A stretch of DNA of 64,000 nucleotides from a virus (IMGVR_UViG_3300046656_000613:30167-94166); one strand, 5' to 3'; counted from the stretch's first letter, positions 9,082 to 17,817 are shown. Notes: generated by a model not told the origin, from the letters alone. Translations and numbers: made by a program.

Positions 9082-9306
9082 ATGGTAACATCTCAACAGC
9101 TTATCGACCTGATCAAGCCCTTGCTCGCCAAGGCGCGTGAATTGGATCGCATCGATATCCCTCATCGTTCCGACTTGCATCGCGAGGCGGCGATTGCCCT
9201 TGGGTATTCCGAAGGCATCACCAATTTCCTCGTCCTGGCGCTGCATTGGGAGAACGATATCGAGGCGTGGATTCGCCACGTCGAAGACGGCTTGATTGAG
9301 CCCTAA
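9082..9306 (+). CDS. hypothetical protein (74 aa)
   Basis: ORF track; first gene of the plus-strand block. Confidence 0.4.
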   Translation: MVTSQQLIDLIKPLLAKARELDRIDIPHRSDLHREAAIALGYSEGITNFLVLALHWENDIEAWIRHVEDGLIEP

Positions 9307-9435
9307 CACACTGCTCAGCCGCGCCATGCGGCTGACTTGTGAAGCGCTACGTGCTGGGAACCTCACGAATTCCATAGGCAGCCTAGACTCCAAATCCGCC
9401 TGATCACTCCCATGGGCAACCATTGGGGGATGACA

Positions 9436-9548
9436 TGAACCATTACACTCAGCAGCGCAAGCGCTCGGAAGCCGTGTTCGTGGCCAGCATGGTGTTCATG
9501 CTCGGCCTGACCGCGTTCATGGCCGCTTGCCTTGTCGTGCTCACATGA
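9436..9548 (+). CDS. small hydrophobic protein (37 aa)
   Basis: ATG preceded by GGGGGATGA; single predicted TM helix; below the ORF-track size cutoff. Confidence 0.25.
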
Positions 9549-9698
9549 GGGCAAATATCGCTTGGGCACTGTTCACCCTAGCTTTCCAGCTTGGCATAAT
9601 CTGGATTTTGCTTAGTCATTACAAGCACTAGCGACCGCGCAAGCGGTTGCCTTTGAGAGTGATCAGGCAGTCAAATCAACCTATGGGAGAATTGTATC

Positions 9699-10193
9699 AT
9701 GACCATTAACACCTATCGCGCTGTTTTCACGGCCTCGAACGGCCTGGAAATCATCGAAAACCGCGACTATGCCAAGCCGCTCGGCTTCGCATGGCGCGTG
9801 GAATACCACAATGCCAAAGACGAGACGCAAAAGGCCGTCAAGTTCGGCTTTTCCGCCACGCGTGAAGCCGCCGACAAGGCGACCAAACTGCCCAAACGCT
9901 GCACTGTCACGCATACGCAAGTCGTGGAAGCGCAGAACGTCGGCACCGTTGCCCTTAAGGGCAAGAAACCCGCCAAGGCCAAGGCTGTGAAGCCGTGCGC
10001 CGTCGGCGATATCGTCAGTTTCGACCTGGGCACGCATCTGCCCGGCATCGCCGCGACTGTCGCGGGTAAGGTGGCCAAGCTCGGCCGCAAATATGCATAC
10101 GTGGAAGTCGCGGGCGCCCTTGATCATATCAAGGTCGCGTTCGCGAACATTCGTCCCCTCGATTCCGCCCCTGCTCAAGCGCTCGCGGCGTGA
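9699..10193 (+). CDS. hypothetical protein (164 aa)
   Basis: Strong SD GGGAGAATTGTATC before the ATG. Confidence 0.5.
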   Translation: MTINTYRAVFTASNGLEIIENRDYAKPLGFAWRVEYHNAKDETQKAVKFGFSATREAADKATKLPKRCTVTHTQVVEAQNVGTVALKGKKPAKAKAVKPCAVGDIVSFDLGTHLPGIAATVAGKVAKLGRKYAYVEVAGALDHIKVAFANIRPLDSAPAQALAA

Positions 10194-10290
10194 TCGACAG
10201 AGCACCAATTGATGGCCACAATTGGCTGTCTCTGGAATTCGTGAGGTAACCTGTATTTGCGCCTTTCATGGGCAACCATGTGAGGCAGCT

Positions 10291-10701
10291 ATGGAAATCG
10301 ATATCACCGCACTGGTGGCGGAAGAAGACATGTCCGAGTTCTCCGCCTCCCAAGCCGAGCGCGGCCCCAATGCAGGGCCTGAAACATGGAATAACGCCAT
10401 GGATGAGGCGCGCGATAGGCCAATGCTATTGCCTGATCAACTGGACGAATTCCGCGATTACTTCCGCGGTTTCGGCGCATGGGAAGATGAGGAAATCAAT
10501 AGCTGGGATATCATCACCTGCAATGCGCTGTTCATTCAGTTCGTGGCTGGCGATATCCGGGAGGCGGAAAGCCTTTGCCCAGGCGATGGCACGGGCGGCA
10601 TCGATTGGGAAGCCTATCACGCGCTGGCGGAAGCTGGAACGTGCTCGGGCCGCATCTATCCCGGCGATGATGGCAAGGTCTATGCCTATATCGGAGACTA
10701 G
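10291..10701 (+). CDS. hypothetical acidic protein (anti-restriction-like?)
   Basis: Internal Met start (MEIDITALVAEED); highly acidic composition. Confidence 0.4.
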   Translation: MEIDITALVAEEDMSEFSASQAERGPNAGPETWNNAMDEARDRPMLLPDQLDEFRDYFRGFGAWEDEEINSWDIITCNALFIQFVAGDIREAESLCPGDGTGGIDWEAYHALAEAGTCSGRIYPGDDGKVYAYIGD

Positions 10702-10822
10702 CCTACTGCAACCCTTCGGGGTTGCCCTTGTAAGGCGCAAATACAGTTCCCTATTCCCATGATTTTCTTAGTGAAGGGCAGGTGTTACCCGTCTGAAATC
10801 CATATATGCAACGGAGTCACAC

Positions 10823-11677
10823 ATGACACTTGCTCAGCGCTTTTCTTATCAGGGTCTGCGGAAGCTCGACGGCTCGCGTGTTCTCAATGAAATCGAGATG
10901 CGCGAAGTCGCGCCGTCTATCTTCGCAGCGGAAGCTCACGAAAGCCGGTCTGATCGCTATGCGTACATTCCGACAATCGACGTGCTCCGCGAGCTTCAAA
11001 AGGCGGATTTTCAGCCCTTCATGGTCTGCCAGTCCACCTCGCGCATCCCCGGTAAGTCGGATTTCACGAAGCACATGATTCGCATGCGTCATCCTGACCA
11101 CATCGGCAAGGGCGGCGCGGCGGAAGTGATCCTGCTCAATTCCCATGACGGCACATCAGCTTACCAGATGCTTGCCGGTTATTGGGAAATGGTCTGCCAG
11201 AATGGCCTCATGGTCGGCAAGACCTATCAGGATGTGCGCGTTCGCCACTCTGGCAAAGCCATCGACGATGTTGTCGAGGGCGCGCATGAAGTCCTGAAAA
11301 CACTGCGCGTGGTCGAGGACTCTCGCGACCACATGCGGCAGATTCCTGTCAATCGTGACATGCAGATGGCGTTCGCTCGCGCGGCGCTTGAGCTGCGTTA
11401 CGATGAGGATGAATTCGGCAACTCGAAAGCCCCTATCCAGGCTGAAAAGCTGCTCACGGTTCATCGCCCCGAAGAAGGTCGCGATTTTGCCACGCTGTGG
11501 CGCACCTTTAACGTGGTCCAGGAAAACACCGTGCGCGGCGGCATTCGCGGCCGGACGGCAGACAATCGCCGCACCCGCACCCGCGAAGTCAAGGGCATCG
11601 ATCAGGCCAACAAGCTCAATCGCGCCCTCTGGACTCTGGCAGATGAGATGACAAAGATCCTCGCCAAAGCCGCATAA
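10823..11677 (+). CDS. DUF932/DUF945-family phage-plasmid protein
   Basis: 284 aa; recalled similarity to the DUF932 family that is common in leading regions of conjugative elements and in phages. Confidence 0.55.
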   Translation: MTLAQRFSYQGLRKLDGSRVLNEIEMREVAPSIFAAEAHESRSDRYAYIPTIDVLRELQKADFQPFMVCQSTSRIPGKSDFTKHMIRMRHPDHIGKGGAAEVILLNSHDGTSAYQMLAGYWEMVCQNGLMVGKTYQDVRVRHSGKAIDDVVEGAHEVLKTLRVVEDSRDHMRQIPVNRDMQMAFARAALELRYDEDEFGNSKAPIQAEKLLTVHRPEEGRDFATLWRTFNVVQENTVRGGIRGRTADNRRTRTREVKGIDQANKLNRALWTLADEMTKILAKAA

Positions 11678-11761
11678 CATAGCCTAACCGCCTGCCTGCC
11701 CTTCTCTTAGGAAATCATGGGAACCCGAATGCCTTCACGGGCAACCGTGTGAGGAAATACC

Positions 11762-12232
11762 ATGAAAGAACATGCTATTATTGCAGGCGCCTTGATCGAT
11801 GCTTGGGCCGATAGGCTCGACTCGGGCATTCCTCAAGCAAGCGGCGCAATGCGCAAACGTGGCGGGCAATGCTGTCTCGGCGTCTATGCCGATATAGCGG
11901 GCATTCCGCATAAATACGATGGCGATGTCAGCGACTGCGCCGTCTATGACTTTGGCGCTGGTCTCGGCCTTGTCAGCTTCCCTTCCGGGAGACTGATGCG
12001 CGAAATTGGCATCAGCGATACCGGCACCCCGCTGGACACCGAAGGCTGGAATGTGCCGGAAGAATTGCGTCACATGACCAGCGGCGAAGCTGTATGGGAA
12101 TATTCCCTGGCCACGCTCAACGATGGCCAGAACGATAACAGATCCTGGACCTTCCCGCAGATTGCGGCACTGCTGCGTCACAATAAGCAACGGCTCATGG
12201 AAATCGTTGACGGCCTTCACTTTGACGACTGA
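11762..12232 (+). CDS. hypothetical protein (156 aa)
   Basis: SD GAGGAAATACC before the ATG. Confidence 0.45.
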   Translation: MKEHAIIAGALIDAWADRLDSGIPQASGAMRKRGGQCCLGVYADIAGIPHKYDGDVSDCAVYDFGAGLGLVSFPSGRLMREIGISDTGTPLDTEGWNVPEELRHMTSGEAVWEYSLATLNDGQNDNRSWTFPQIAALLRHNKQRLMEIVDGLHFDD

Positions 12233-12314
12233 CAAACTCGCAACCGCTTTTGCGGTTGCCTTTGTAGGCATTCGGGAAATGCAATCTGCTCTATAAGGGC
12301 GGCTCACGCCCCCT

Positions 12315-12764
12315 ATGGAGAAGCACATGCTCAATCAATTCAACATGACTGACAGCAAGCTGCCGCAGCAGGTGCGACTCGATTGGTCGCGCCTTGTCAC
12401 GGACGATTGCGAGCAACCGCGCCCCGATGAGGCGATGGATGGCTTCTGGCCATCCGGCACCGCCAGCGAGGACGGCTATATCGGCACAGATGATCCGAAG
12501 GCGCTTGAAATCGCCTGGAATAATGCCGACGCTCGCATGGCCGCTTTCGAAAACGGCGACTGGACATGGGTGGGCGTGCAAGCGCGCGTTCGCATCATGG
12601 TCCCCGTCGGCGGCACCAGCTTTGCCTGCTACGAATTGACCTCGCCCGGCCTCTGGAGCATCGAAAGCGACAGCGGCGAAGAATACCTGTCGGAAGTCTA
12701 TGAGAACGAAAGGGCCACGCTTGAGGCGCATCTGCGCGTCATTGCCGCCGCCCTCGCCATCTAG
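12315..12764 (+). CDS. hypothetical protein (149 aa), bracketed by a 25-bp perfect inverted repeat
   Basis: ORF track; flanking IR at 12278..12302 and 12779..12803. Confidence 0.45.
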   Translation: MEKHMLNQFNMTDSKLPQQVRLDWSRLVTDDCEQPRPDEAMDGFWPSGTASEDGYIGTDDPKALEIAWNNADARMAAFENGDWTWVGVQARVRIMVPVGGTSFACYELTSPGLWSIESDSGEEYLSEVYENERATLEAHLRVIAAALAI

Positions 12765-12865
12765 TCACCCGCGCCGGGCCGCCCTTATAGAGCAGATTGC
12801 ATTCGGGAATCCCTTATTACCATTGCCCCCTTGATGTGGAGCTACCGCAACAGGGGAGAATTATC

Positions 12866-13339
12866 ATGCGCAAGACTTTCTCACTCGGAAAAGTCGATTA
12901 CAACCAAACCGGAAAAGCCAACTGCCCCGCCGAACTTGATGTTTCGTGGGATGGTGTCCGCTTTTCAGCTTCGGCAGGAATCTGGCAGCCATCGCGCCGT
13001 GACTACTACACATGTGGTCAATGCGTCGAGGAGGTCGCCGGATATTTCCCCGAAAATCAACTCGCTCAACGCATTCTCGCAATCTGGCGCGACTGGCATC
13101 TCAACGACATGCGCGCGGGAAGTCCGGCTCAACAGGCGTGGCTAAAAGCCAATCCTGTTACTTTCGTCTACCCTGAAAGCCACTATGAAAAAGCGTGCGC
13201 GGCGCTGGCCGATGTCGGGCTCAACCCTGACCCTGGCCACCTCCGCAATGGCAAGCCGTATTCATATGGCAGCGCATGGTTGACGGAAGAAATCCCGGCC
13301 GAGATTGTGAGCGAGATTGAAAGCTGGTTTGCAGCATGA
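12866..13339 (+). CDS. hypothetical protein (157 aa)
   Basis: SD GGGGAGAATTATC before the ATG, nearly identical to the context at 9699. Confidence 0.5.
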   Translation: MRKTFSLGKVDYNQTGKANCPAELDVSWDGVRFSASAGIWQPSRRDYYTCGQCVEEVAGYFPENQLAQRILAIWRDWHLNDMRAGSPAQQAWLKANPVTFVYPESHYEKACAALADVGLNPDPGHLRNGKPYSYGSAWLTEEIPAEIVSEIESWFAA

Positions 13340-13424
13340 CCTGAGTTGAGCCGCTTCCGGGCGGCTCCGCTTCAAGAGGGCAACGGTATGCATCCGTTTC
13401 GGTAAATGGAGCGGAGGAAAGAGC

Positions 13425-13604
13425 ATGGCCAAATACAGCGTAACGATTGAGGAGACGGTTCGCTACCAATTTGAAGTGGAAGCCGAATCCGAGACTGAAG
13501 CAAAGCTTGCGGCTGAAGACGCCTATGGCAATGCCGACAATCTCAATGATCATTATCTCCACAGCGAGAACCGCAAGGCAATCGACGTGGAGTTGCTGGA
13601 GTAG
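13425..13604 (+). CDS. small acidic protein (59 aa)
   Basis: SD GGAGCGGAGG; upstream box GGCTCCGCTTC is complementary to the SD. Confidence 0.4.
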   Translation: MAKYSVTIEETVRYQFEVEAESETEAKLAAEDAYGNADNLNDHYLHSENRKAIDVELLE

Positions 13605-13686
13605 CGCCTAGCGGGCTTCGGCCCGCTGCATTTCCCGAAGTGGATGCACTTCACGCCTGCCCTGCCGCGAGACAACGGAGGGCACC

Positions 13687-13860
13687 ATGGCACATTTAGA
13701 CATTCCCCTGACTGTTGGGTTCTTCCTGATCGTGACCGGCGCATTGACATGGCTGTTCATCGCCATAGCCGGATTCTGGTTCGTCATCGACGGGCTCGAA
13801 CGGCTTATCGACCGCCTTACCGGGCGCGAGCGGCCTGTCACGATCAGGGTTATTCGATAG
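13687..13860 (+). CDS. small membrane protein (57 aa)
   Basis: SD GGAGGGCACC before the ATG; two hydrophobic helices. Confidence 0.35.
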   Translation: MAHLDIPLTVGFFLIVTGALTWLFIAIAGFWFVIDGLERLIDRLTGRERPVTIRVIR

Positions 13861-13924
13861 CCACGGGCGCGGCGCGCGAGCGCCGTTGTCCCCCGCCAGG
13901 GCAGGCGATACCGGAGAACACCAA

Positions 13925-14134
13925 ATGACCGAAACAAAGTATCGATTGGTACGGGAGGAGCCCGGCCTATTCCGGGTTTTCTACCGTGCACACGGGCGGC
14001 TTTATTGCTTGCGGAATGATGGTGGCTTCGGACGTAAGGCGCTGACTTTCTACCAGTGCCGCAATGGTGAACCACGTTACGCGCTCGCCTTCATCCCCGG
14101 TGAAGACGAGTTCGATAACTACATCGAACCGTGA
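13925..14134 (+). CDS. hypothetical protein (69 aa)
   Basis: Internal ATG of ORF 13886..14134. Confidence 0.4.
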   Translation: MTETKYRLVREEPGLFRVFYRAHGRLYCLRNDGGFGRKALTFYQCRNGEPRYALAFIPGEDEFDNYIEP

Positions 14135-14140
14135 GGTTTT

Positions 14141-14329
14141 ATGAGCAATCTCGATATCGGCGACCGCATCACATACCACCCGCAAGGCGTGGTGCCCTCA
14201 TTGCGGGGGCAGCGCGGCGTCATCACTGCCATTGTCCGTAACGGCTGGTTCCTGGTCGATTTCGACAGGGGCTGGCTCAGCGTGAAGTGCAGTGACGTCA
14301 ACCTCGACAAGGAGAGCGCGGGCACCTAG
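14141..14329 (+). CDS. hypothetical protein (62 aa)
   Basis: ORF track. Confidence 0.4.
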   Translation: MSNLDIGDRITYHPQGVVPSLRGQRGVITAIVRNGWFLVDFDRGWLSVKCSDVNLDKESAGT

Positions 14330-14334
14330 CCCGC

Positions 14335-14386
14335 CTCGCCCTCACGTCGGGCTGCCCGCAAAGCAGCCTCATCTGGAGGCGAGTCC
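14335..14386 (+). promoter_or_regulatory. leader cassette: anti-SD box CTCGCCCTC, hairpin, SD GGAGGCGAG
   Basis: Box and SD are reverse complements and covary with other copies; hairpin GGGCTGC...GCAGCC lies between them. Confidence 0.5.
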
Positions 14387-14758
14387 ATGAACATTGAGAA
14401 TATCAACAAAACCATCGATTTCCTGAAAACCCGCAAATGGCATAGCGACGATTTCCTCATGCATGACGATTGCATGGTCGGAATCATCGGCGATGCCCTG
14501 CATGGAGATCGGGCGCACTCGCGTGCCGACAACAAGCCCTATGGGCTGCACTACATCGCCGATGCCTTTGATATCGGAGTGTCCGCCGCCCGCTGCCTTT
14601 ACATCATGAATCAGAGCGACGCGGCTGTTAACCCCTATGCCTCGCTCGCCACGTTTATGGGAATGCGGACCGAAAAGCAGAACCGCGTCCTGATCCGCAT
14701 GCTGGAGGGCCTTCGCGCCAGCGGCGGCACCCGTGTTTTCTGGGATTTCAATGCCTGA
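14387..14758 (+). CDS. hypothetical protein (123 aa)
   Basis: ORF track; preceded by a leader cassette. Confidence 0.5.
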   Translation: MNIENINKTIDFLKTRKWHSDDFLMHDDCMVGIIGDALHGDRAHSRADNKPYGLHYIADAFDIGVSAARCLYIMNQSDAAVNPYASLATFMGMRTEKQNRVLIRMLEGLRASGGTRVFWDFNA

Positions 14759-14782
14759 GACCGAGCGCGGGCGCAAGCCCGC

Positions 14783-14842
14783 CTCACCTTCCCGGAGGGC
14801 TGCCAACTCACACTCGGCAGCCCTTTTTGGAGGTGAGTTCCG
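14783..14842 (+). promoter_or_regulatory. leader cassette: anti-SD box CTCACCTTC, terminator-like hairpin plus T5, SD GGAGGTGAG, then an 11-codon uORF (14842..14874)
   Basis: Same architecture as the other copies; uORF is GTG-AGG-AGA-ATC-ACG-CCT-CAC-CAT-AAC-GCA-TAA. Confidence 0.45.
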
Positions 14843-14890
14843 TGAGGAGAATCACGCCTCACCATAACGCATAATAGCGAGTTGATTACG

Positions 14891-15340
14891 ATGGATTACG
14901 CAAAAGAGCACACCGCCGACCACACCCGCGCCCCCGATGCCGCCCGGCTCACCGAGCTGATCGAGTTCATCAAGGGCGCTCCGGCGAGCGAGCCGATCAC
15001 CGCCAAGAATTTCCGGCGCTGGTTGGTCGAGCTGGCCGGTGAAATGGTGCCGGACGGCGGCGCGCTCTGCCCTAACGGCAAGGATCACGCCTGCAATCGC
15101 GGCCTCGGCGAATGGCTCGGCATCGAGCCCTACGGCCAGGGCCGTGACGGTAGCGTGGCCTGGAATGAGCAGACCGGCTTCTCGTCGGAGCGATTCAACC
15201 GCTACGCCGACCCGGCGTGGGTTGCCGAACTGGTCAAGGCCCCGTTCGAAGAGCAGAAGGCGATGTATATCGCGCTGATCGAGCGCGTCCGTGATGCGGG
15301 CGAATTCGTCTATGACGCCAAGGTCGCGGTCGCGGCCTGA
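14891..15340 (+). CDS. hypothetical protein (149 aa)
   Basis: ATG 14891 (MDYAKEH); downstream of leader cassette and uORF. Confidence 0.45.
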   Translation: MDYAKEHTADHTRAPDAARLTELIEFIKGAPASEPITAKNFRRWLVELAGEMVPDGGALCPNGKDHACNRGLGEWLGIEPYGQGRDGSVAWNEQTGFSSERFNRYADPAWVAELVKAPFEEQKAMYIALIERVRDAGEFVYDAKVAVAA

Positions 15341-15388
15341 TAGCCTCGGCAATGCCAATGTGAGCGCGCGGTCCCTGTGATCGCGCGT

Positions 15389-15438
15389 CTCACCTTCGCG
15401 ATGGCCAGCTTAATCGGCTGGCTTTTCTGGAGGTGAGC
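15389..15438 (+). promoter_or_regulatory. leader cassette: anti-SD box CTCACCTTC, hairpin GGCCAGC..GCTGGC plus T-run, SD GGAGGTGAG
   Basis: Nine contiguous base pairs possible between box and SD. Confidence 0.5.
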
Positions 15439-15855
15439 ATGCCTGACAACGAACAACGGGCTGGCTGGGCGCTGGCATCCATCCAAGGCTTCAATAAGGC
15501 CAAGGGCGAGGTGCTGACCGATGCCGACCTGCCCGACGAGATCACAGATCTAATCGCCGATCTCGGCCACCTGTGCGACAGGCGCGGCATTGACTTTCTC
15601 ACTCACGCAAAGCGCGCCATCGGCACGTGGAGCGCGGAGAAAGAAAATCCCGAGCCCAGCATGAACCATACCGTGGAAATCGATCTCCACGGCAACCTGA
15701 CCGGCTTCGTCCGCATGATGGCGAACGCTGTCCCGGAAGTCGGCGGACTGGTCAACGACAACACCGGCGCACTGATGACGCCGGAGAGCATCCAGCGCAC
15801 CGCGCGCCATGTGCTCGAAGAAAGCGAAGCCTGCGATATCAGCGAACAGGACTAA
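15439..15855 (+). CDS. hypothetical protein (138 aa)
   Basis: ATG after SD GGAGGTGAGC. Confidence 0.5.
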   Translation: MPDNEQRAGWALASIQGFNKAKGEVLTDADLPDEITDLIADLGHLCDRRGIDFLTHAKRAIGTWSAEKENPEPSMNHTVEIDLHGNLTGFVRMMANAVPEVGGLVNDNTGALMTPESIQRTARHVLEESEACDISEQD

Positions 15856-15875
15856 CGGCTGGGGGCATTGCCCCC

Positions 15876-15926
15876 GCCACCTTCGCGTCGCGTCGCCATC
15901 ATCGGCGGCGTCATCTGGAGGTGAGC
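15876..15926 (+). promoter_or_regulatory. leader cassette: box CCACCTTCGCG, hairpin, SD GGAGGTGAG
   Basis: Same module, fourth copy. Confidence 0.45.
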
Positions 15927-16091
15927 ATGGCAGGAAGACGTGGACCCTACAACAACGAGAACGTGAAGCCGACCCGCGATCAGCCCGCGATCCGCGAGCG
16001 CATCGACAAGGAAGGCCCGGCGACGCCCGGCCGCAAGGAGGGCTCCAAGACAGGCCCGTACACTACGAAGACGGACAAGACGAAAGAGTGA
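15927..16091 (+). CDS. small basic protein (54 aa)
   Basis: ATG after the cassette; MAGRRGPYNNENVKP... Confidence 0.4.
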   Translation: MAGRRGPYNNENVKPTRDQPAIRERIDKEGPATPGRKEGSKTGPYTTKTDKTKE

Positions 16092-16116
16092 CAGGAGGGC
16101 GGGCCGCGTGCCCGCC

Positions 16117-16170
16117 TTCACCTTCGCGCCGAATTGGGCGAGATTCGCCCAATTTCGTTTGGAGGTGAAC
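16117..16170 (+). promoter_or_regulatory. leader cassette: box TTCACCTTC, 10-bp hairpin, SD GGAGGTGAA
   Basis: Box TTCACC covaries with SD GTGAAC, while other copies have CTCACC with GTGAGC. Confidence 0.5.
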
Positions 16171-16446
16171 ATGCCAAAAAAGCTACCCCCCATCCACATC
16201 CACCTTCCGCAAATGCCTCCGTCCATTGGGCTGGCGCACGACGCGGAGGGCCTGTCGATGGCGTTCACTGCCACTCCCGGCACGGATGAAGCCAAGCAAT
16301 TGGGAGGCGATTTCATCAATGCTGGACTCCGCTTGCTGGGCCGAACATCACCACAAGCAGCACTCCTCACGCGCGTGATCCGTAACGAACAACTGACCGT
16401 TGACGAATGGATCGCGACGGCGCGCGCCAAGGATATGATGAAGTGA
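16171..16446 (+). CDS. hypothetical protein (91 aa)
   Basis: ATG after the cassette. Confidence 0.5.
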   Translation: MPKKLPPIHIHLPQMPPSIGLAHDAEGLSMAFTATPGTDEAKQLGGDFINAGLRLLGRTSPQAALLTRVIRNEQLTVDEWIATARAKDMMK

Positions 16447-16709
16447 CCAGTAAAGACTACTGCGGCCGACGCGCCTGGGCGGAAGCCTGGGCGCAAAGGC
16501 TGGCGCCATCCGTCGGCACCGTTACCCCGGATGGACGCCGCATCACCTCTATCGTGGCTCAGCCCTATGGTGAAACATGGCGCTGGCCGCGATGGATCTA
16601 TAAGCGCTGGTGGTGCGTGGTCGAGCGCTGGGAATATGATGGCGAGCCCTCGCTGGGCACATTCGGCGAGGAGAACGCTCTCATGCTGGAGAGGAGAATG
16701 CCGCCGTGA
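16443..16709 (+). CDS. hypothetical Trp-rich protein (88 aa)
   Basis: GTG start overlapping the upstream stop (translational coupling). Confidence 0.35.
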   Translation: MTSKDYCGRRAWAEAWAQRLAPSVGTVTPDGRRITSIVAQPYGETWRWPRWIYKRWWCVVERWEYDGEPSLGTFGEENALMLERRMPP

Positions 16710-16831
16710 TGGAGTTCTTGACCGACCCGGCTGGTAGCCTGCTGATCGAGGACTTGATCACGCTGGCCGCCGTCCTTGTCTTTGCCGGGCGCAAGTGGGC
16801 GCTCGCGCGTTCATAGCATGGTGAAATGACA

Positions 16832-16869
16832 AAGGCCCCGGTTAGCCGTATAAGCTAAGCCGGGGCCTT
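16832..16869 (+). terminator. long GC-rich hairpin terminator
   Basis: AAGGCCCCGG...CCGGGGCCTT 10-bp stem with inner 5-bp stem, followed by TTGTTGT. Confidence 0.5.
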
Positions 16870-16891
16870 GTTGTATGTGGAAAGGAAAACA

Positions 16892-17050
16892 ATGACTCAG
16901 AAAGACAACCCGACGCCGCCGAGCCGTGAGGATGTGGTCCGCGAGGACTACGAAAAAGATCCGGGCGGCTTTGAGGACAAGTGGGGCGTAGACCCCAGCG
17001 CGCCGCCACCCGAGACGCAAGATCCGGGCGCGCCGGGCAAACGACACTAA
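16892..17050 (+). CDS. hypothetical Pro-rich small protein (52 aa)
   Basis: ATG after AAAGGAAAACA. Confidence 0.35.
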   Translation: MTQKDNPTPPSREDVVREDYEKDPGGFEDKWGVDPSAPPPETQDPGAPGKRH

Positions 17051-17076
17051 CCTACCGGGGCGGCCTTTCGGGGCCG

Positions 17077-17132
17077 CTCCTCCCGTGATGCGCTGCCTGT
17101 CCGTATCAGGCGGCGTTTTTTGGGAGGAGTTT
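17077..17132 (+). promoter_or_regulatory. leader cassette: anti-SD box CTCCTCCC, intrinsic terminator hairpin plus T6, SD GGGAGGAG
   Basis: Perfect 8-nt complementarity between box and SD; different sequence but same logic as the 14.3-16.2 kb copies. Confidence 0.5.
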
Positions 17133-17312
17133 ATGCCTGCCGATTATCACCTTCGGCCTGATCTGATCGGGCCGCTGATCGACGCCATCGCCTTCTCCGG
17201 CGACCCGCGCCTGGATGAGCTGATGGAGGAGCTGGACAGCATCCGCAAGGAAACGGAAGCCGGTCGCAACGTCATCGTCTCCATAGGCCACACCAATGAG
17301 GCGAGCACATGA
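17133..17312 (+). CDS. hypothetical protein (59 aa)
   Basis: ATG after SD GGGAGGAG. Confidence 0.4.
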   Translation: MPADYHLRPDLIGPLIDAIAFSGDPRLDELMEELDSIRKETEAGRNVIVSIGHTNEAST

Positions 17313-17524
17313 CAACCTGGATGCTGTTGATTCTCTTCGCCTACTCCAACAGCGGGCCGAACGACCCTGGCAGCGTGGCATTGCAAAGCGAGAAGATCGA
17401 TTTCTTCTCGAAGGAGGAATGCAACGCCGCCAAGCAATCGATCAGCGCCGCCGCCGAGAAGGCGGGATACCGGCGCACCATTGCCGTGTGCTTCCAGCGC
17501 GGCAGCAGCCTGATGGATAAATAG
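17309..17524 (+). CDS. hypothetical secreted or lipoprotein-like protein (71 aa)
   Basis: N-terminal hydrophobic signal-like segment. Confidence 0.4.
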   Translation: MTTWMLLILFAYSNSGPNDPGSVALQSEKIDFFSKEECNAAKQSISAAAEKAGYRRTIAVCFQRGSSLMDK

Positions 17525-17526
17525 CC

Positions 17527-17715
17527 ATGCAAGGCTATCTGTTCGGATACGCCTACGATGGCAGCCAAATGGGCCGAGTCTTCTATGGGCTGGACGGCCC
17601 GCTGACGGAAGCCAAGATCCTGGAGATCGAAGCGGATCTCGAAGGGGAAGGCATGAAGAACGTCTGCGTTATGTTCGTCACCAAAATCGACGGGGACATC
17701 ATCCCCGCACGATAG
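17527..17715 (+). CDS. hypothetical protein (62 aa)
   Basis: ORF track. Confidence 0.35.
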   Translation: MQGYLFGYAYDGSQMGRVFYGLDGPLTEAKILEIEADLEGEGMKNVCVMFVTKIDGDIIPAR

Positions 17716-17817
17716 CACCTAGGCCGGGGGAAACCCCGGCCGCCTTCCCAGATCATTTCAACACCGGCGTTAAAATGATCTGGGTGGGCGGCTGAAACGC
17801 CCAGGTAGGAGAGTCCT

